A DNA stretch of 44,274 nt. Origin: Catajapyx aquilonaris. Its lineage: Eukaryota. This document shows positions 38,188-44,274 of this stretch, piece by piece; position 1 is the first letter of the stretch, and each line of letters opens with the position of its first letter. The translations under genes were made by a program, and so were the position numbers. The stretch is from NCBI GenBank assembly GCA_000934665.2, contig KZ538866.1, positions 1 through 44,274 on the forward strand. The letters run 5' to 3'. The notes under the pieces are model-generated. The model did not search any database, was not told the origin of the DNA, and worked only from the letters and a program-made list of their open reading frames with translations.

Positions 38188-38405
38188 TACCGAGGCGGCC
38201 TGGTTGTTTGGCGCACAGGGGTTCGAATCCTGGTGCAGAGCAACAGTTCTGACAGGTGTTTTCTGTGGTTGATCCGGGTCACTTATTCCAGGATAATTCC
38301 GGGGAGGTTACCGTTTCAGTATGCCCATATCAGCTTTCTTCCGGCCTTATCTTATTGTCCAAATGTGCCGTACAAAAGTGGGCTGTGTAAAACGAGAAGA
38401 TAACC
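38188..38405 (+). mobile_element. Diverged tRNA-derived SINE related to 22782-23141
   Basis: B box GGTTCGAATCC plus shared core gttttctgtggtt...caggataattccgggg...cagc.....ttcc...ccttatc. Confidence 0.6.
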
Positions 38406-38742
38406 CCCCATGTAGGCCTATACTATACTCAAAAATTCAGCTAACATCCGACATCGGTATGACCATCGCATCGGTGGCATGAACGCTCCTGATTGAAATT
38501 GGGCACCACTCGCACTCCAACGACAGAGGTGTCTAACTTTTACACGCTCCGTTAAAAATTGTCTGACGTTATTGCTTAGAGTCCTTAGACACTAATTGGC
38601 CTAATTCCAGGGCTGAAAAAGTAGGTAGATGTTTAAAATAGTGTAGCCTACGTGATATCACAAGATTTTTCCCAACGAGCATAAATGGGACCACCTCTGA
38701 ATTCCGGCATAAGGATATTATGCTATTTGGTGATATTCAATA

Positions 38743-39328
38743 CAGGGGGTGGTCCATTTAAAACTGTTTCTGCTAATATCCTGACAATCATGCATCCAAC
38801 AAGACCTGCTGCATATGGAATGTGGGTTGCACCAAGGGGGGCACAGGATAGTGCTGCGGGGTACATTGCGGATGGCGCCACTGACCGTGACCCGGGGTCA
38901 AGGTTACATTCGTCAATGGAAACCCCCATAATTTATTGCAGATATTGACACTACATGAAAAGCAAATACACTTTCACAGGGACTACATTGTCAATTGAAT
39001 GCGCCAACAGTGCCAAAAAAATGTTGAAGATGGTGATATTCACCTTGTTATGACTCATAACAAGGTGAATATCACTATCTTCAACATTTTTTTGGCACTG
39101 TTGGCGCATTTCATGTAGTGTCAATATCTGCAATAAATTATGGGGGTTTCCATTGACGAATGCGACCTTGACCCCGGGTCATGGTCAGTGGCGCCATCCG
39201 CAATGTACCCCGCAGTACTATCCTGTGTCCCCCTTGGTGCAACCCACATTCCATATGCCGAAGGTCTTGTTGGATGCATGATTGTCAGGATATTATCAGT
39301 TTTAAACAGTTTTAAATGGACCACCCTG
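38743..39328. mobile_element. Hairpin MITE (Tc1/mariner type, TA TSD)
   Basis: TA|CAGGG(GG)TGGTCCATTTAAAACTG ... CAGTTTTAAATGGACCACCCTG|TA. The whole element is palindromic about ttatgactcataa (~39053), with a ~35-bp insertion in the left arm. Confidence 0.85.
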
Positions 39329-39369
39329 TATAAGTGATTAAGTATTTTGCAAAAAATGCCACGATGATT

Positions 39370-39370
39370 T

Positions 39371-39435
<65 letters not shown>

Positions 39436-39445
39436 TATCATCATT
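39370..39445. repeat. (CAT)n microsatellite
   Basis: More than 20 units. Confidence 0.95.
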
Positions 39446-40636
39446 ATTTCTGGTATACAAAGAGCAAAAAATATATATACATCCAAGGATCATGTTGGGA
39501 TTATTTTCGTACTTGTGATGGGCATGTTCAAATGTGTAGGACCTTGAAAGAATGGTCGCAAACACATGCTGAGCAAGCTAGCAGTACATTTCATCCGTTC
39601 GTCCTCGACTTGTCCAATAGTTTTCCATCGTACACTTTTTCCTTCATTTTTTTTTTTTCGCTCAAGAGGGGAAGTGCTGACCACACCCAGAGTCCCACAT
39701 CCACAACAACGTTTCCCTAATCATTTAACCTTGATTATAATACAATAAGGGACCACTGTTACAACACCAGCATATTAATGAATTTGCGAAACTTCACTCT
39801 GCAGCCTAGTCATGCCAATCCCCTTTGTTACGTTTTAAGCAATAAGTTTCTGTATACAGTATTAATATTTTCGCACCAGTCGTGCATTTCATTCCAAATA
39901 AAGCAGATAATTAAGTTACCTTGAGAGATAAGCAGAATACATACTAGTAGTTCGTAAACCAAATCACAATATTCTCGTGCACCAAGACTTGCTACCATTA
40001 GTTTCTGTGGTAGTCTCTAACAATTTTAATAACTATACATTTTCCTATAAAAGAGGTAGTCAGTGAAATTATACTGTACAAAATATAATTATGTTTAACA
40101 GTATGACATACATTCAATAATTAAGTATAACACGTTATAAATATTCAAAAACAAACATTGTAAATCCCAACAGCTGCAGTTCACATTTTAAATTGGAAGC
40201 AGTGAAACCAAGAGTGAAACTCTCTTTCATTCTTCTTGCAGAGATGAAGTTGTTTCCAAGTGGAGCCACTGTGCTGATAATAAATTAATTTACTCAATTG
40301 GTCAATATTTACACTCTTTTGGAAGTGGTTTTGGATGGAACTTTTATGTCCATCTGACTTGTGAGAATGTAAATCCCCATATCCTTCGTTTATGGATACA
40401 TTCTGAGAGTGATGTGCCCTAGATATACCATAGTGCTCAGTTCGGGCCCGTCGTCTTTTTTACACAGTAGAAAAAATGACTCGGTGATAGCATGCGCTTG
40501 CTTCTGGGAAGGTGTTGTGCTGTGTTGCGTTGGTTAGGAAAACAACACCAATCCTCGACCACCGTTTAATTCATTGTGGAGGTCAAGTGATTTCCGGAAT
40601 AGAAGATTATTGAAGAAAAGCCAGGTAGTTTACATA

Positions 40637-40868
40637 CAGGGTGTCTAAACTTTTTTGTCCGAACAATTATTGGAAATATTGCCCTAAGCTGCTTATTTTT
40701 TAGCAGTGACTTGCAACCAGTGATGCTTCCCTGGCTTTATCAGTTGAGGGATGCACCCAAAGATATCTTTGGATGTGCCAGGAATGTTGGGGCATATTCT
40801 GGCTACATAGCTAGAAGATACATAGGCTTTTCCGATAACTGTTCGGACAAAAAAGTCGAGACACCCTG
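40637..40868. mobile_element. Short hairpin MITE (CAGGGTG ends, TA TSD)
   Basis: TA|CAGGGTGTCTAAACTTTTTTGTCCGAACA ... TGTTCGGACAAAAAAGTCGAGACACCCTG|TA. Confidence 0.8.
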
Positions 40869-41556
40869 TATTTTTATAAGTAAAGCTAGTGTGTTTATGT
40901 TTCCAAGTGTTAGTGAAGCCTATATACAGTATATACAAGGCGTTTAAAAATTTTGTGGACATTTAAATATGAGATAGGGAACACCAAGAAGTCAATGAAT
41001 GTGTGTCTGCTGACATCATCCTTCAGTGCTAGAGGATGCTGACAGGTATCAGTGGAGCTGGTTCTAGGCTATATAAATGAATGGAAGGAAGTGTGAACAA
41101 CCGGTTTATTCAAATAAGTGACAGAAAACAGCTTTGTATTGTTTGCATGCACGACAGAGAAAGGCAACAGTGTTGAAGGCTTGATTGGCGTACATTTCAA
41201 ATGATTCTCAGCATATCACAAACAGTTGTCACAGTGATTTTTGCCATGGGATCTGCCTCTCAGTCAATGCCATAATAAATTATCAGCAGTCGTAAAACGG
41301 TCCATTATACATGTGACGTGTTCAATATATGAATGCTGACTGCAAGCACAGGTCCATATGTATGCACTGTCTCCGCTTGGAAGAAATTATGGTTTCAAAA
41401 CTGCATATTTTTCCTGACTTAAATATTGGCACAATCCCACTGGTACAAACCACATTATACAAGCAGTTTACATCCTTAGAATGGCTCTGAACATGGGTGG
41501 TAACTATACTGTATACAAGTACTGTACATGACTGAATGTATGCCAGTAATGTAATA

Positions 41557-42223
41557 CAGGGTGATTCTCTCGAATGGAAACCCAGACATTCCTCAATAAC
41601 TTTTTAACTATGGTATGGTTCCCGATGAAAATTGACTTATACTTACCTTGTACCATGCCAAAACAAGGTCCGACTAAAGAATATACCAAAAGTGGTCCCC
41701 TCCAGCGTCCATGAATTTTTTAATGCGAGTCTGCATCTTTACCGAAGACTCCTGCCTACTGGCGGCGGGCATTGCCTCCATCTTCCGCCAGCCAAGCGCC
41801 GTAGGGGGGTTCACAACTAGCTGACGGTAGCATACGAAACGAACGAAACGAAATAGTGGACCAATCAAGAGCCCAAAAGTGAAAGTCACTTTTAGTCATC
41901 CTCAAGTGGGCTCTGATTGGTCCACTATTTCGTTTCGTTCGTTTCATATGCTACCGTCAGCTAGTTGTGAACCCCCCTACGGCGCTTGGCTGGCGGGAGA
42001 TGGAGGCAATGCCCGCCGCCAGTAGGCAGGAGTCTTCGGTAAAGATGCAGACTCGCATTAAAAAATTCTTGGATGCTGGAGGGGACCACTTTTGGTCCAT
42101 TCTTTAGTTGGACCTTGTTTGGCATGGTACAAGGTAAGTACAAGTCAATTTTTATCGGGAACCATACCATAGTTAAAAAGTTATTGAGGAATGTTTGGGT
42201 TTCCATTCGAGAGAATCACCCTG
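41557..42223. mobile_element. Long hairpin MITE (CAGGGTG ends, TA TSD)
   Basis: ~320-bp arms with few mismatches: TA|CAGGGTGATTCTCTCGAATGGAAACCC ... GGGTTTCCATTCGAGAGAATCACCCTG|TA. Spacer ~41877-41906. Confidence 0.9.
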
Positions 42224-42916
42224 TACAATATCAACTGACATCACTATCTGTGGAAATCTGGCGTAGGCCTACTCTTTTGATTTAAGTTGGTATATTTGCA
42301 TGTATGACTCATCCAGACTGTACACTCATCAGGAGTCCCACCACTCAACCAGGCTGCTGCTTCATCCAGCAGCTTAACACAGTAATTCCATGCAGATATA
42401 AAAGGCATGCTGACTTCAATGATTACCTGTATAGTTACGGTCTGGTCATATTTCATCAATCATCATCTTTTAATAGCGTGTCTTTGGTGAATCATCTAGC
42501 TGAGAGAGCCTAAGGGCATCTTTAAAAGTCTGAGAGACCACTTTTTAAAATGAGAGGACCACCACAACATAGGAAATGCCATATCAGTGCATCATTACAA
42601 GCCAATATGATAGAAAAAGCCATTTTAAAAACATTTTTATTTATTCAAACAACTGAGCCTTTGGGTAAGTAATTGACATCCAGATTGAAACTCATTAAGT
42701 GGTTAATGTCACAAATATTCAATGACACGTTCTACCTTTGATATGGGAAGTCACATTATTTTAGTCCGCAAAAATGATATGAGTCACTGTGAAAAAATAT
42801 CCTCTGCAAAAGATAGCCTTTTGACAAATTAATACTGGATAGCGGCAAAAGGGCTAGGTAAGCCTCGCTGCAGGACAAAAATGCAACAAATCAATTGGCT
42901 GAACTACGTACTTTAT

Positions 42917-43760
42917 TCAGTCAAGGAATGTCTCCACACACTGAATCAAGCAGGACCATTCCTCAACTTGAACTCGCAGACTGATGAATGGAAGATGATG
43001 GCTATCCGTTGAACGTTTTGAGTGCAGCTTGATCTGCGGATAGTGCCTTATGATCAGCTTCCTGATACGGTTCAGGTGTTGGACTGGCATCCCCCTGGGG
43101 CTGCGAAGCTTGGGGCATCCCTCCAGCAGCATCCTGGCCATCTTGGACTTGACCCTATAGTCTTGATGACGTCTACTTTCTCCAGCGCATTCGCACAGCT
43201 GGAAGGTGCGCTCAGAGCACGTCAGCGGTGGGACAGCCTGACCTCTTCGCTGATCACTCTCAACTCCTTCATATTGGGTCTGCTGGACAGTATGTAACAA
43301 AGACTGAAGACCCCAGTGCAGAAGACGGACAGGCAAAGGTGCTCCAGCACAGGCATAGTGTGTGGAGGCGTCACGTCTGCCTCGCCCAAGCCGTCCTCCA
43401 ACTTTTTGACCCAACCACCTAGGCACTCCCAGAATGACAGCCTGGTCAAGGTGTCGACGCACCTCCAGAGCACCCTTTAGACCTGCTTCCACTCCAGGCC
43501 CGGAGGTGCTATCCCGGTCAGGTCCTGGGAGGTCAAGGTCCACTGGGGACAGGTCACCAGTTGCTCCAGCGTCTGACCACTGATGTTACCCATGCCCAGG
43601 GAGGTGACCCTAGAAGGGTCACCATCACTTGCGAGGCAGATATTCCTCCTCCCAAAGTGTCCGAGGTCCGATTATGCAGGCACCCAGCCTGGCTGTGGTC
43701 ATCACGACCTGTAGTGAGGCCACCTGGGGATAAAACAGGGGCAATAAGCTTATACATAAC
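42917..43760 (-). pseudogene. Degenerate leucine-rich-repeat (F-box/RNI-like) coding remnant
   Basis: GC-rich block. Fragments across frames: RVTSLGMGNISGQTLEQLVTCP, RCVDTLTRLSFWEC, LEHLCLS, ILSSRPNMKELRV, ARMLLEGCPKLRS, interrupted by stops and a frameshift. Confidence 0.4.
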
Positions 43761-44274
43761 CAGACATTGACGAAATTATAAGGACCTGCATTAGTTGAAA
43801 ATGGTGCCTCCTCTCAATTCAGCTTCAGAATAGTACAGTAAGTACCAGTTTTACACCTATTCATTTTACGCCATTTCACACTAGAGCTGGTTTGAAAATT
43901 ACACTTGAAAATGTTTTGATAGAAATTTTTTGAAAAATTTGAAGATAACGACACAATCTAAACATAAACACATCATTGCAACACTACTGACAAGGGAACC
44001 TCTCGAAGTGTCACTCGAAGTTCAAGGTGAAATATTTTTTTTCGGGTTCCTTATCAGCTAGAAGGAAAACACCCTTCCTGAGAAATCCTCGATCTCAAGC
44101 GTTTTCGAGATACAGGGGTCAAAAGGTCAAGAATGGACCACTTTATGAAGGCCCTGAGGAAGCTATCATTAGTGCTATCGGCGAGATTTTTGGGATCTAG
44201 AGGTTTCTTGGGATGGGGAATGCAGTGGCACAACCGAAAATCATGAATTATGCACATGAAGGGTACTTCTTAGG

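Noticed and set aside
41100..41400. Possible hAT transposase C-terminal remnant on the minus strand
   Set aside because: Similarity too faint to support without a search.
38685..42285. Paired near-identical ORFs on opposite strands
   Set aside because: Arise from the palindromic MITE arms, not from duplicated genes.

Overview
Eukaryotic arthropod genomic DNA, probably crustacean-like (an inference from cuticle-protein motifs), containing one assembly gap. I reconstructed four spliced protein genes by hand. (1) An 8-exon, ~1900-aa GH18 chitinase-like protein with a degenerate catalytic motif, two tandem CBM14 domains, a ~1260-aa Ser/Thr/Gly mucin region and a third C-terminal CBM14 (group X-like architecture). 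(2) A convergent, secreted, low-complexity 635+ aa orphan protein. (3) A SAM-domain (SAMD15-like) gene. (4) A 6-exon R&R cuticular protein built like a furin-cleavable polyprotein; its third intron holds an intact, in-phase, 321-codon acidic exon that looks like an alternative C-terminus. Also present: a convergent inverted pair of tRNA-Val(TAC) genes, a mariner remnant, several TA-flanked hairpin MITEs, a tRNA-derived SINE with TSDs, a foldback element with RSS/Transib-like CACAGTG ends, a degenerate LRR-like ORF and microsatellites. All gene models come from reading the sequence; no database search was run.
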